Below, one piece after another: positions 18,909-29,237 of a stretch of 64,000 bases of DNA. Location of the stretch: contig CAWAOD010000005.1 of assembly GCA_963783575.1 (NCBI GenBank), positions 256,001 through 320,000 of the forward strand, read 5' to 3'. Source of the stretch: an uncultured Spirochaetota bacterium (GTDB lineage: Bacteria > Spirochaetota > Brevinematia > Brevinematales > JAOACQ01). The notes below the pieces were generated by a model. That model was given only the letters and a program-made list of their open reading frames with translations. It was not told the DNA's origin and did no database searches. Within the stretch, counting starts at the first letter, position 1; each line of letters opens with the position of its first letter. Both the position numbers and the translations under genes were made by a program.

Positions 18909-19412
18909 ATGGCAAGAATAATGCTGAATGGATCTCCTATTCATACTAAAGGAGAACTCCCGGCTGTCGGCTTCTACGCTCCAAATTTCTCTCTGGTTAT
19001 GCCGAATCTTGATGAAATAAAATTAACTGATTTAATAGGCAAATTTGTTATATTAAATATATTCCCCGGTATTGATACACCTGTTTGTTCGGCTTCAGTC
19101 ATTAAGTTTAATTCAATGCTGGAAAATATGGAAGATACGGTTGCTGTAAATATTTCTTTAGACCTTCCCTTTACACAATCCCGTTTTTCTGAGGCTGAAG
19201 GTTTAAACAGGGTAATAATGGCATCTGCTTTTAGAAGTCCCGAATTCAGCGAAAAATATGGGATTAAAATAATCGATGGTCCTATAAAAGGTCTTCTAAG
19301 CAGGGCAATAATAGTAATTAATAAGGAAGGTAAGGTGATTTATACCGAACAGGTGCCTGATATTACTATAGAACCTGATTATAAACAAGCAATTGAGTCT
19401 ATTAATTTATGA
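18909..19412 (+). CDS. tpx: Thiol peroxidase (atypical 2-Cys peroxiredoxin family)
   Basis: LNIFPGIDTPVCSAS, ISLDLPFTQSRF, GLLSRA, EPDY. Start placed at ATG 18909 after GGAGG. Confidence 0.9.
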   Translation: MARIMLNGSPIHTKGELPAVGFYAPNFSLVMPNLDEIKLTDLIGKFVILNIFPGIDTPVCSASVIKFNSMLENMEDTVAVNISLDLPFTQSRFSEAEGLNRVIMASAFRSPEFSEKYGIKIIDGPIKGLLSRAIIVINKEGKVIYTEQVPDITIEPDYKQAIESINL

Positions 19413-20573
19413 AATCATTAATTCCTTGTTATATATGGATATATTGTTTTTACCGGATCTTTTAATTTGATAAAGTGCTTCGTCGGCATGATTGAAAAGA
19501 AAATAACTTTCTTCCCCGTCTCTTGGAAATTCGGAAATACCCATACTTAGTGTAAAATAAAAATCTCTTCCATCATCTGTCTTAATTTTTTTCTTCCTGA
19601 CTAAATTTAAAAGCCTTTCGGATACCCTGTATGCATTTTCGGCGGTCGTATTCGGGAAAACAATTACAAATTCATCTCCACCGTAGCGTGAAGCTATATC
19701 AACATCCTTTCTGATGGTTTTTCTAATACAGTCGGCAAGCCCCTGAAGGGCTTTATCTCCGGAACTATGCCCGTAAGTATCATTTACATGCTTAAAATTA
19801 TCAATATCGAACATCACAAGAGAAAATATCCGTCCGTAGCGCTTGCTTTTTTCGATTTCATCATTTAATTCTTTATAAAAATAATGGTTGTTATACAACC
19901 CGGTTAAACTATCATGAATTGCCCACAGGAATAATTTTGCGTTTTCCAGGATTGTTGAAGCGAAATTGGCAATTATCATTATAGTTTCCATATCGTCTTT
20001 TGTGAATGGATTTTTGGTTTTTGCATTTGTTATTTCAAGAACAGCTTCAATTTCATTATCGATTTTAAGCGGCATTGCGATAACCGATCCTATGTCGACC
20101 TTCATTATTTCACCCACAATCGGTTTATCGAAACCGCTGCCGTCGATTTTATCTATTAGCATCGGTACGCCTTTAAGATATGCTTCTCCGACAATGCCCT
20201 CACCCGGTTTCAGATGGATATCAAGAAGATCCCTATAACTGTCGAAAATATTCGTATCCAGAATAATTTTATTATTGGTATCATAAACATATGTATCCTG
20301 ATATTTAAGTACATTTAAGGCCTTATCATAAACAATAAGCGAACCTTGCGATGCTTCCACGGATTCTATCGCAAACCTGACAATCATAGTTTTAAGTATC
20401 TCGCTTTCCCGCAAGTCCAAAACCCTTAAAAAATCACTCATTTCTTTAATGATTTTTATTGCCCTGTCTTTTTTTATAAATTGATAATCAAGAGGAAATT
20501 TATCAGAAATGATTATTCTATTAGAATAATTTGTTTTTACCAACGACTTATTCGACTTTTTTCGGCCAGCCAT
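19407..20573 (-). CDS. GAF + GGDEF diguanylate cyclase
   Basis: GAF (GEGIVG...VIAMPL...FTKDD), DSLTGLYN, DIDNFKHVNDTYGH, RYGGDEF active site, RKDVD upstream. Confidence 0.9.
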   Translation of the reverse strand: MAGRKKSNKSLVKTNYSNRIIISDKFPLDYQFIKKDRAIKIIKEMSDFLRVLDLRESEILKTMIVRFAIESVEASQGSLIVYDKALNVLKYQDTYVYDTNNKIILDTNIFDSYRDLLDIHLKPGEGIVGEAYLKGVPMLIDKIDGSGFDKPIVGEIMKVDIGSVIAMPLKIDNEIEAVLEITNAKTKNPFTKDDMETIMIIANFASTILENAKLFLWAIHDSLTGLYNNHYFYKELNDEIEKSKRYGRIFSLVMFDIDNFKHVNDTYGHSSGDKALQGLADCIRKTIRKDVDIASRYGGDEFVIVFPNTTAENAYRVSERLLNLVRKKKIKTDDGRDFYFTLSMGISEFPRDGEESYFLFNHADEALYQIKRSGKNNISIYNKELMIS

Positions 20574-20634
20574 TTTAATTCCTTAAAATAATCATGAATA
20601 TTCGGCATCTAATTTATTTATTAATATATATGCT

Positions 20635-22560
20635 TTATATGCTACATTCATTTAACAATTCTAATATTTTATTGTTAATTTTTTGGGATGTCAAGGAATA
20701 TCGGTTTAATAATTCAGCCCTTGTGCCTATTGACGGATATTCATCGGGAATGTTGATTGATCTAATAATTTTATTTTTATTTCTTGTATATATTTCATCG
20801 ATCAAATATTCGGCTATTCCACCATTAAAAATTCCTTCCTCAAGTATCAAAACCGGCCTTGAATCGCCCGATAAATATTTCAGAATATTTTCATTTATCG
20901 GTTTGGCAAATCGAAGGTTAAATATTTCTATATCAACAGAATTTCTACCTCTTACGGTATTTGCAGCGGTTTGATATCCTTTCTTTTCTGACAGATTCTT
21001 CTTTACTTCAAAAGCTTCTCCCAGTAAGGTACCGGTTGAAACAATTATAAAATCACTGCCGGATGCTACTATAACCCCCTCACCTCTGGTAATCGGATAA
21101 AGTTCAGGGCTATACCAGGGATAATCCAGAGCTTCATCTTTTGGATATCTTATGCAAATCGGTGAATTGAGATTTTTAATTGAATTTTCAAGCATCATTA
21201 TAAACTCATTCTTAGTTGCCGGCAGCATTATTGTAAAATTAGGAATCATCCTGCAGTATGAAATATCAAAGATACCCTGGTGAGTTTCTCCATCACCGGG
21301 TACAAGTCCGGCCCTGTCCAGGCAAAATAGTACTTTACCTTCTGCAATGCCAATATCATGAATCATTTGATCCAACCCTCTTTGTAGAAAAGTTGAATAT
21401 ATAGCCACAACAGGTTTTATTCCTTTTAGTGAAAGCCCAAATGCCATATCAACAGCATGCTGTTCGGCAATTCCCACATCAATAAATCTTTCCGGAAATT
21501 CTTCCGCAAATTTTTTAAGTCCGGCGCCGCTCTTCATCGCAGCTGTAATTGCAACTACTTTTTTATCAACTCTTGCAATATCTGCAAGCGCATTCCCAAA
21601 AACACTTGAATAACTCAGGCTTTCCTTTTCAATTGGTATACTTCCATCACCGTTTATTGACACACCGGAAATACCATGATACTTGCCAGGATTGTCCTCC
21701 GATGGCTTATAACCCTTACCTTTTGTTGTAACAATATGAATTATGATCGGTTTATTGATTCCCCTGATTTCATGAAATACCTCAATAATCTTTTTGAGAT
21801 CATGCCCGTCAATTGGCCCATAATAACTGATGCCCATATCCTCAAAAAAATTTTTCCTAACCAGGATTGATTTGAACAATTCCTTAATTCCGTACATTAT
21901 CTTGACCAGGTAACCGCCGACTAAAGGCACTCTTGTTTTCACAACCTTTTCAAGCCGGTGTTTAAACCTTAGGTAGGAATGAGAGAGCTGGAGCTTTTTC
22001 AAATACCTTGAGATTCCGCCTACATTCTTGGAAATTGACATGCCGTTATCATTCAATATAATAATAACAGGAAGATTATCATGTGATATATTATTAAGGG
22101 CTTCATAGGCAATCCCTCCGGTAAAAGCGCCGTCTCCGATTATGGCAATTGTATCGGAAATCCTGTTTTTTAAAATTTTTGCCTTGGCCATACCGGCAGC
22201 AACAGACAGCGAAGTGGAACTATGCCCGGCATGCACGCAGTCATATTGGCTCTCTTTAGGCGACGGATATCCGGAAAGCCCGTCCATCATCCGCAGGGAA
22301 TTGAACCGGTCTTTTCTGCCGGTAAGTATTTTATGAATATAGGATTGATGCCCCACATCCCAGATAATATCATCTTCCGGGCAGTTGAAAACATAATGAA
22401 GGGCCACTGTTAACTCAACAACACCAAGGTTCGGTGAAAGATGGCCACCTGTTTTCATCACATTTTCTATCAAAAACTTACGAATTTCCTCCGATAGAAT
22501 CTCCAGCTCTATTAAATTCAGCTTTTTCAAATCATTAGGCTTATTTATTTTTTCAAGCAT
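20635..22560 (-). CDS. dxs: 1-deoxy-D-xylulose-5-phosphate synthase
   Basis: GGHLSPNLGVVELT, WDVGHQSY, GHSSTS, IGDGA, DVGIAEQHA, YSTFLQR, DGETHQG. Confidence 0.97.
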   Translation of the reverse strand: MLEKINKPNDLKKLNLIELEILSEEIRKFLIENVMKTGGHLSPNLGVVELTVALHYVFNCPEDDIIWDVGHQSYIHKILTGRKDRFNSLRMMDGLSGYPSPKESQYDCVHAGHSSTSLSVAAGMAKAKILKNRISDTIAIIGDGAFTGGIAYEALNNISHDNLPVIIILNDNGMSISKNVGGISRYLKKLQLSHSYLRFKHRLEKVVKTRVPLVGGYLVKIMYGIKELFKSILVRKNFFEDMGISYYGPIDGHDLKKIIEVFHEIRGINKPIIIHIVTTKGKGYKPSEDNPGKYHGISGVSINGDGSIPIEKESLSYSSVFGNALADIARVDKKVVAITAAMKSGAGLKKFAEEFPERFIDVGIAEQHAVDMAFGLSLKGIKPVVAIYSTFLQRGLDQMIHDIGIAEGKVLFCLDRAGLVPGDGETHQGIFDISYCRMIPNFTIMLPATKNEFIMMLENSIKNLNSPICIRYPKDEALDYPWYSPELYPITRGEGVIVASGSDFIIVSTGTLLGEAFEVKKNLSEKKGYQTAANTVRGRNSVDIEIFNLRFAKPINENILKYLSGDSRPVLILEEGIFNGGIAEYLIDEIYTRNKNKIIRSINIPDEYPSIGTRAELLNRYSLTSQKINNKILELLNECSI

Positions 22561-22617
22561 AATTTCTCCATCAAAGAACAGATAAGTATTATTAAATTAT
22601 GGGTGTTTATTTATATA

Positions 22618-23370
22618 TTACCGGAAAAGAGCCTGGATAATGAAATTGATATAATTAATCATTATTTCTTTTTTCTTGGTATCCTGTATACCTTTAAATT
22701 CAAGTTTAAAAGCAGACATATTTGTTGAAACAACAATATTGGTAAAAACACCATTATTTGTAACATTTTTATTTGTATCAATCATCTGATTTGTAATTAC
22801 CTGATTTGTTGTAATCTCTGTAAAATTGGTCTGGAAAGCAAGATCGTTTTCATTGAAAACCGCGTTTTCAGCAGGTGATTCGTTCTGGAGTTTAAAATCC
22901 AAATTATATATATCCGATGATAAAACTGAAAAATCGGCGCTAAGTGAATCGAGCGGAAAATTACCTGAAATATTAATTTTAACAATCTCTCCGTTAATGA
23001 GGCTCGAGTTATTGCCCTGGATGGCAACCATTCCATTATCAATTCCTGTGATTTTTGCCGGTATTATAAATTTATTTACATTGTTGACTGTAAAATTATT
23101 TTGATTCCTGGCGTTGTCATTTTCATCAACCTGAGCGTTTGGGAAAAAACTGAATAATTCACCGCTTCCTTTCTTTCCTTTGATATTTTGATAATTATTC
23201 AGTTTTGCTTCCATTTTATAATTCATAATCATAGTATCCGAGAATTTGATTTTAATAATGTCCCCTTCTTTAACATTTAACCTGTATATTTCAGAGCCGT
23301 TGTTCCAGAGTGATTTTCCATAAAGTACCGCCGAAAATCCAATCATAATTAATAGCCATAATTTAATCAT
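22618..23370 (-). CDS. FlgH (flagellar L-ring)-like exported protein with Thr-Asn-rich insertion
   Basis: Signal peptide then KSLW...VKEGDIIKI, and IPAKITGIDNGMVAIQG...LINGE..KINISG, which resemble the FlgH pattern. Start placed at ATG 23370. Confidence 0.55.
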   Translation of the reverse strand: MIKLWLLIMIGFSAVLYGKSLWNNGSEIYRLNVKEGDIIKIKFSDTMIMNYKMEAKLNNYQNIKGKKGSGELFSFFPNAQVDENDNARNQNNFTVNNVNKFIIPAKITGIDNGMVAIQGNNSSLINGEIVKINISGNFPLDSLSADFSVLSSDIYNLDFKLQNESPAENAVFNENDLAFQTNFTEITTNQVITNQMIDTNKNVTNNGVFTNIVVSTNMSAFKLEFKGIQDTKKKEIMINYINFIIQALFR

Positions 23371-23544
23371 AATACTGCCTCTAATTTTAAATTTCCATAA
23401 TAATATTTTCGGCATTAATTTCTTCCGAAACAGTATTATAATTCAAATTAATCTATAGATTGTGTTTTAGATTAAATGAGGCTGACTTTATGTTGTAAAT
23501 ACATTGTTAAAACTGGTACTTAAAAATAGCTTTAAATCAAATTT

Positions 23545-23874
23545 TCAATGAATCTCAATGTTTTCCTCATCTTTAGAATTACTTTCCAAGTTCAGTTTTA
23601 CGCTCTTTTCATCCGTATGTTTCTCTGCTATTTCAATATAATTAAACCGCAATGTATCAAGAACCATGTTCAAAGTTTTCTGTTCTTCACTGCTAAGATT
23701 CCCTTTCGTTTTTTCTTCCAAAATTTCCAGAAGCTCAATTATTCCTTTTGCTTCTTCCAATTCCACAAATATCTTTTTTGTTGCAGGATTTTCAATTTTA
23801 CCAAGAGCCATCAGCCCTGACTGGTACATCATAAAAATATAGGTAATAAAATTCAGCTTTTGTCTTTCCTTCAT
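23545..23874 (-). CDS. DUF1844 family protein
   Basis: MALGKIENP...AK..I.LL..L.EKTKGNLS.EE...L...L..LR..Y pattern. Confidence 0.8.
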   Translation of the reverse strand: MKERQKLNFITYIFMMYQSGLMALGKIENPATKKIFVELEEAKGIIELLEILEEKTKGNLSSEEQKTLNMVLDTLRFNYIEIAEKHTDEKSVKLNLESNSKDEENIEIH

Positions 23875-23895
23875 ATGACTTCCTCCAGGGATTTA

Positions 23896-25815
23896 TTAAT
23901 TACTTGCCTCAGATTTAGCCTTTTTTCCTAAACTTTCAAGTATAGGAAATCTGTTCTTATCCGTTTTCCCTAAAATCTCATTCAGCTGGTCAGAATTCAA
24001 TACTTCTTTTTCCAATAAAAGATTTGCCAGATCGTCCAGCTTCTTCATATTTTCAGTCAACAACTTTTTAGCTTTTTCAAATGCCGACATTATAATTTTA
24101 CCTACTTCTTCATCGATAATCTCATGAATTTTTTCACTGAAGTTCTTTCTTGCAACCAGATCTTTACCAAGGAATACAGGGCCTTCTTTCTCACCGTAAG
24201 TAACCGGTCCAAGAACTTCACTCATACCCCACTCGCAGACCATAGAATTTACTATCTTTGTAGCCCTTTCAATATCATTCGAAGCACCTGTAGAAACCCA
24301 GGCCTTTCCGAACTTTATTTCCTCAGCAGCCCTCCCGCCGAGAAGAACCATTAGTTCTTGAAGCAGATGCTCTTTTGTATAACTTTTTCTTTCGTCAATC
24401 GGAAGCTGCATGGTTACTCCAAGAGTCCTGCCCCTTGGAATAATAGTTACTTTATGCACCGGGTCGGTCAATGCTAGTATATGGCTTAAAATGGCATGCC
24501 CGCTTTCATGATAAGCGGTAGTCATTTTTTCTTCTTCGCTGATAACGGCGCTTCTTCTTTCTGGTCCCATCAAAACCTTATCCTTTGCGAACTCAAAGTC
24601 AGAAAGAATTACTGTCTTTCTGTTTTCACGAGCTGATTTTAATGCCGCTTCATTGACAAGATTCTCCAGATCTGCTCCTGTAAAGCCTGGCGTACCTCTG
24701 GCAATAACACTTAAATCCAGATTTTCTTCAACAGGCACTTTCCGGGTATGTATTTTCAAAATTGCCTCACGCGCTTTAACATCCGGTTTATCCACAACTA
24801 TTTCCCTGTCGAAACGGCCGGGACGCATCAAAGCAACATCCAGAATATCCGGGCGGTTTGTTGCGGCTAAAATAATCAAGCCCTCCGAAGAATCAAAGCC
24901 GTCCATTTCCACAAGAATTTGATTAAGGGTCTGCTCCCTTTCGTCGTGAGAACCTCCTACGCCGGTTCCCCTTGAACGGCCGACTGCATCAAGCTCGTCC
25001 ACAAAAATGATACATGGCGCGTTTTTTCTGCCCTGCGCGAAAAGATCCCTTACCCTTGCTGCGCCAACTCCAACAAACATTTCCACAAATTCAGAACCAC
25101 TGACGCTGAAGAACGGTACATCCGCCTCTCCGGCAACTGCTTTGGCAAGAAGGGTCTTACCTGTACCTGGCGAACCGACTAGCAACACCCCTTTCGGAAT
25201 CCTTGCTCCAAGAGCGCTGAATTTCTTGGGGGTTTTTAAGAACTCAACAATTTCTTCAAGATCCTGCTTGGCTTCTTCACACCCGGCAACATCGGTAAAT
25301 TTAACTTTATGATTAATTTCTTTATGCAATCTTGCTTTACTCCTTCCGAATGACATAGCCTTTCCCGGATCTCCCCCCTGCATTCCCCGGATCAAAAAGA
25401 GCCAGAATATGAACATAACTGCGGATATTATTATAATCCACCAGATATATCCAGAACCATAGGAATCTTTAACCTTTTCCCCGGTAATATCAACATTATG
25501 GAGTCTTAAAAGCGGAAGAAGGTCTTTATCATCAAGAGGTATAATTGTTTTAAAAACCTTTGTCCCATCTATTTCCTCTTTATAAGTTCCCTTTATTGTC
25601 TGGCCTTCGACGCTTACTGAAGCAATGCTGTCATTCGAAACTTTATCTAAAAACTTGGAATATGAGATTGGATTTTCTTTCGGAGAATTTGTTAAAAATA
25701 AAAATATGAACATCCCTAGCAAAACCAATAAAAATATACCAAAATATCTACCCTGTTTATCTTCGTCAACAGGCAGGAGATTTTTTCTCTTCTTACTGCC
25801 TTTATTATTTGCCAT
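23896..25815 (-). CDS. ftsH: ATP-dependent zinc metalloprotease FtsH
   Basis: 2 [34 protein letters not shown] zinc motif. Confidence 0.98.
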   Translation of the reverse strand: MANNKGSKKRKNLLPVDEDKQGRYFGIFLLVLLGMFIFLFLTNSPKENPISYSKFLDKVSNDSIASVSVEGQTIKGTYKEEIDGTKVFKTIIPLDDKDLLPLLRLHNVDITGEKVKDSYGSGYIWWIIIISAVMFIFWLFLIRGMQGGDPGKAMSFGRSKARLHKEINHKVKFTDVAGCEEAKQDLEEIVEFLKTPKKFSALGARIPKGVLLVGSPGTGKTLLAKAVAGEADVPFFSVSGSEFVEMFVGVGAARVRDLFAQGRKNAPCIIFVDELDAVGRSRGTGVGGSHDEREQTLNQILVEMDGFDSSEGLIILAATNRPDILDVALMRPGRFDREIVVDKPDVKAREAILKIHTRKVPVEENLDLSVIARGTPGFTGADLENLVNEAALKSARENRKTVILSDFEFAKDKVLMGPERRSAVISEEEKMTTAYHESGHAILSHILALTDPVHKVTIIPRGRTLGVTMQLPIDERKSYTKEHLLQELMVLLGGRAAEEIKFGKAWVSTGASNDIERATKIVNSMVCEWGMSEVLGPVTYGEKEGPVFLGKDLVARKNFSEKIHEIIDEEVGKIIMSAFEKAKKLLTENMKKLDDLANLLLEKEVLNSDQLNEILGKTDKNRFPILESLGKKAKSEASN

Positions 25816-25875
25816 GAATCACTCCTCATTTAAATCAAAATCGATGCTTAAGAAAAAATATCATTATTAATAAAT

Positions 25876-26417
25876 TTAACAATTATTTTTATTCATGTCC
25901 AGAATAGCTATGTAAGGCAAATTACGTAATTTTTCGTTATAATCCAGTCCATAACCGATTACGAATTTATCTTCGATGACAAAGCCTACAAAATCTACCT
26001 CGACTTGAACTTTTCTTCGGGAAGGCTTGTCCAGTAAAACGCAAATTTTTATACTGGAGGGTCATGCACATCTTTAATATAACGAATTAAATGGTCAAGA
26101 GTCAAGCCGGTATCCACAATATCCTCTATTAAAACTACCTTTTTATCCTTAATATCTATACTTAAATCCCTTGTAATTTTTATGGTGCCTGTTGAGCAGG
26201 TATCGGAATAGCTTTCGGTCGAAATAAAATCAATGCTGATATTCCTGCTTTTAAGATTCCTGACAATATCGGAAAAGAAAATAAAAGACCCTTTAAGGTT
26301 TGCTATCAAGACAACTTCTTCTTCTCCGATATATTCCTCAATATATTTTGAAAGCTCTTTGACTTTCTGATTTATACCATCTGTTGAAATATATTCTTCA
26401 ATCTTCCAATCGTTCAT
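25876..26417 (-). CDS. hpt: Hypoxanthine phosphoribosyltransferase, apparent 1-bp frameshift near 26060
   Basis: N-part: [20 protein letters not shown]. Continues in another frame as [15 protein letters not shown]...[19 protein letters not shown] to a stop at 25876-25878. One added C in GACCCTCC restores the frame. Confidence 0.9.
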
Positions 26418-26453
26418 TAACGTTTTTTCTCCTGATTATTATCGAACTGCTCA

Positions 26454-27896
26454 CTAATCATCAATAATTGAAATTCGCCAGACTATATTTTCTCCAACGC
26501 TTTTAATATAAAAATCCTCGGATACCCGGAAACCGAAATCCGGAATAAAAAAGGCAATAATTGAATCACTATTATCTAACTTGGCTTCGAATATAATGGT
26601 TTTACTTCTTTCAAAGTAGTTAAGCTTGCGGTCAATAAAAATATCTTTTAATTTCTTAGATTTATTGTCCTTAATCCTGATTCTGTCACCATCATTTCTT
26701 GATCTGATCTTTAATTTAACAATATTTTTGATATTTATAAAGCAATAAAACAATTTATCTTTGCTGTCTGCCTTATATTGATCAAGCCTCGAAACGACCG
26801 GTTCAATCGATATACGATATCCCATAAAGTCAAAATTTATAGTTCCATTTAGTTTAACATATTTTGCAGGATTAGGAAATATTTTCGAAACTTTATGAAA
26901 AATAACTGATTTGTAAGAGGATACAATTATGAACATTTTTGTCCGATGAATTATTTTATTTCCATTATAGTTTTTTCCCGATTCAATTATCTTATTAATC
27001 AATCCAAGATTTGGATAATAGTTTACATCAACCATATCCCGAATTATTGATCTGATAAATCTGCGGATGAGTGAAACTGGTATATTCTCTTCTTCCATAA
27101 ATATTTGTTTTTTCAAACAGATTTCACCCCCGGAAATTTCAATAAATTTTTTTAAGCCATCCAGCTGCTTATGCCACAGTTTTTCCTCTTCATAAGCGAT
27201 ACGGTAAAGTTCACCGATTTTTCTGCGAAATCCGGGGAATCTCTTTTCAATAACCGTTATTAATGAGTGCCTGATATAATTCCTGTCATAATCTTTATTG
27301 AGATTTGATGAATCCTCTACATATCCGATTTTGCTGGTTTTTAGATAATTTACTATATCCTGTTTTCTTGAAAAAAGAAACGGGCGGATGAAACAATCTC
27401 TTTTAACCGGAATCGCTATCAATCCGGAGAGGCCTGTTCCTTTAAAAATACGGTATAGCATAGTTTCAGAAAGGTCATCCAGATTATGGGCAGTTGCAAA
27501 TTTCTGCGATCCGCTCTCTATGAGAGCTTCCTGGAAAGCTTGATATCTCAAGTTACGGGCGGCTAATTCGATGGAAAGTTTTTCTTTTCCGGCATGTGAT
27601 TTAACATCAATTTCCTTTAAAATAAATTCAAAACCATATTTTTCAGAAAATTCTTGACAAAAAGAAGCATCCCTAACGCTTTCTATGCCTCTTAAAGAAT
27701 GATTTATATGACATACTGTGATTTTTGGACTAATTTCCAGATAACTGGAATAAATCTTGAAAAAAAAAGCCAGTAATACAGAATCTGCACCGCCGGACAA
27801 GCCAATAATTATTTTATCATTTTTATTTATCAAACCATATTCATTAATGGTATTTAAGAATTGCTTTTCGAGTATTAAGCCTGCATTGGATTTCAT
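26454..27896 (-). CDS. tilS: tRNA(Ile)-lysidine synthetase
   Basis: SGGADS, HINHSLRG, AARNLRY, TAHNLDD, RP, DSSN, RNYIRH. Confidence 0.95.
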   Translation of the reverse strand: MKSNAGLILEKQFLNTINEYGLINKNDKIIIGLSGGADSVLLAFFFKIYSSYLEISPKITVCHINHSLRGIESVRDASFCQEFSEKYGFEFILKEIDVKSHAGKEKLSIELAARNLRYQAFQEALIESGSQKFATAHNLDDLSETMLYRIFKGTGLSGLIAIPVKRDCFIRPFLFSRKQDIVNYLKTSKIGYVEDSSNLNKDYDRNYIRHSLITVIEKRFPGFRRKIGELYRIAYEEEKLWHKQLDGLKKFIEISGGEICLKKQIFMEEENIPVSLIRRFIRSIIRDMVDVNYYPNLGLINKIIESGKNYNGNKIIHRTKMFIIVSSYKSVIFHKVSKIFPNPAKYVKLNGTINFDFMGYRISIEPVVSRLDQYKADSKDKLFYCFINIKNIVKLKIRSRNDGDRIRIKDNKSKKLKDIFIDRKLNYFERSKTIIFEAKLDNSDSIIAFFIPDFGFRVSEDFYIKSVGENIVWRISIIDD

Positions 27897-28457
27897 TTAA
27901 GTATTGTAAAGACTCATGGAGTTATCTATTTCACCGTTAACAATCATTTCAATCGCCTCGCAAGCCTTGTCCAAAGATGGTTCCAGAGCCTTCAGTTCTT
28001 CAGGTGTAAATTTGTCAAGCACAAAAGATTCCAATTTCTCGGATTCTTGGGGTCCGCCAACTCCTACCCGTACTCTCGGAAAGTTATCGGATCTCAAAAA
28101 CTGTATTAATGATTTAATTCCATTATGGCCGCCGCTGGAACCGTATTTTCGAATGCGTATTTTACCTAGCGGTAGATTAACATCATCGCAAACCACAATA
28201 ATATTCTCAGGCATAATCCTTAAGAAGCTAGCCATATAAAGCACTGCTTCACCGCTTAAATTAACGAATGTTTGTGGTTTTAACAGCATAATCCGTTCCT
28301 TGCCAAGTCTGAACCTGCCTATCATGGATTTCTTTTTCTTAATATCGACAAAAGTACCATATCTGGCAGCCAATCTATCCAGTACCATAAAACCGAGATT
28401 ATGCCTTGTACCCTCATAAGTTTCTCCCGGATTACCCAAACCAACAACCAGTTTCAA
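27897..28457 (-). CDS. pth: Peptidyl-tRNA hydrolase
   Basis: LVVGLGNPG..Y..TRHNLGF, KPQTFVNLSG, GGHNGIKS. TTG start at 28457 after GGAGG. Confidence 0.95.
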   Translation of the reverse strand: MKLVVGLGNPGETYEGTRHNLGFMVLDRLAARYGTFVDIKKKKSMIGRFRLGKERIMLLKPQTFVNLSGEAVLYMASFLRIMPENIIVVCDDVNLPLGKIRIRKYGSSGGHNGIKSLIQFLRSDNFPRVRVGVGGPQESEKLESFVLDKFTPEELKALEPSLDKACEAIEMIVNGEIDNSMSLYNT

Positions 28458-28616
28458 AGTTTCCTCCAAAAGAGAAATTATCATAATAAAACTTAAGAAT
28501 CAATTTTTTATACAGCGATATCCTCATAACTATTATATAATAATCAATTACATGGACTCTAAATAATAACTTACATCTAAAATATAAATAAACTATTAAT
28601 AATCGTAAAGTAGATA

Positions 28617-29165
28617 TTATTTAACCTCAACTAAAGCTGTCCCTTCGTGTGTTAAGATTTTAAAATTAACCTTATCAATATCTCTGACAATAAGGTATTG
28701 ATTGGTTTTTAAACTTGAAATATCCACATCAACAGCTGAAGGTAGGTGCTCAATATCTGTATAGATTTTAAGCTGGCGCGTAAAAACATAAAGCCCGCCG
28801 CCTTCTTTCACTCCGATAGGTGTTCCAATATAATTTATCGGAACTTCCGTGGAAAACATCTTTTTAGAAACAAAAGAATAAAAATCGGCATGAAGAAAAT
28901 TTCTTGATATAGGATGTATTTTATAATCCTTAATAATTACCGGATACTTTTTCTTTCCGATTTGAATGGTTAAGATCCGATGCTTCCCCAGAGCCCTGAA
29001 TGCCTTTTCAAATTCTTTGTAATCTATGGTGATATAAAGATTTTCCTTTAATTCAGGGCCATAAATCACTGCGGGAAGCCGCATAGTATTCCTTATCTTC
29101 ATAGCTTCGGATTTTCCAATCTTTTCTCTGCTCTCAGCCTTTAAGACAAATTCGCTGTCTGACAT
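28617..29165 (-). CDS. rplY: 50S ribosomal protein L25 / general stress protein Ctc
   Basis: R...GK....R....LPAVIYG, HADF, G.P.GVKEGG; position between prs and pth. Confidence 0.9.
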   Translation of the reverse strand: MSDSEFVLKAESREKIGKSEAMKIRNTMRLPAVIYGPELKENLYITIDYKEFEKAFRALGKHRILTIQIGKKKYPVIIKDYKIHPISRNFLHADFYSFVSKKMFSTEVPINYIGTPIGVKEGGGLYVFTRQLKIYTDIEHLPSAVDVDISSLKTNQYLIVRDIDKVNFKILTHEGTALVEVK

Positions 29166-29237
29166 TGTATTTTCCTCCTCACAATCAGCCAATTACTATT
29201 ATTTTCATGGAATTAAAATTAATTCATTAAATTTTGC

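Noticed and set aside
20930..20990. Short apparent insertion in Dxs (YQTAANTVRGRNS) as an intein or mobile remnant
   Set aside because: About a dozen residues, in frame, with no splicing motifs; likely a variable loop.
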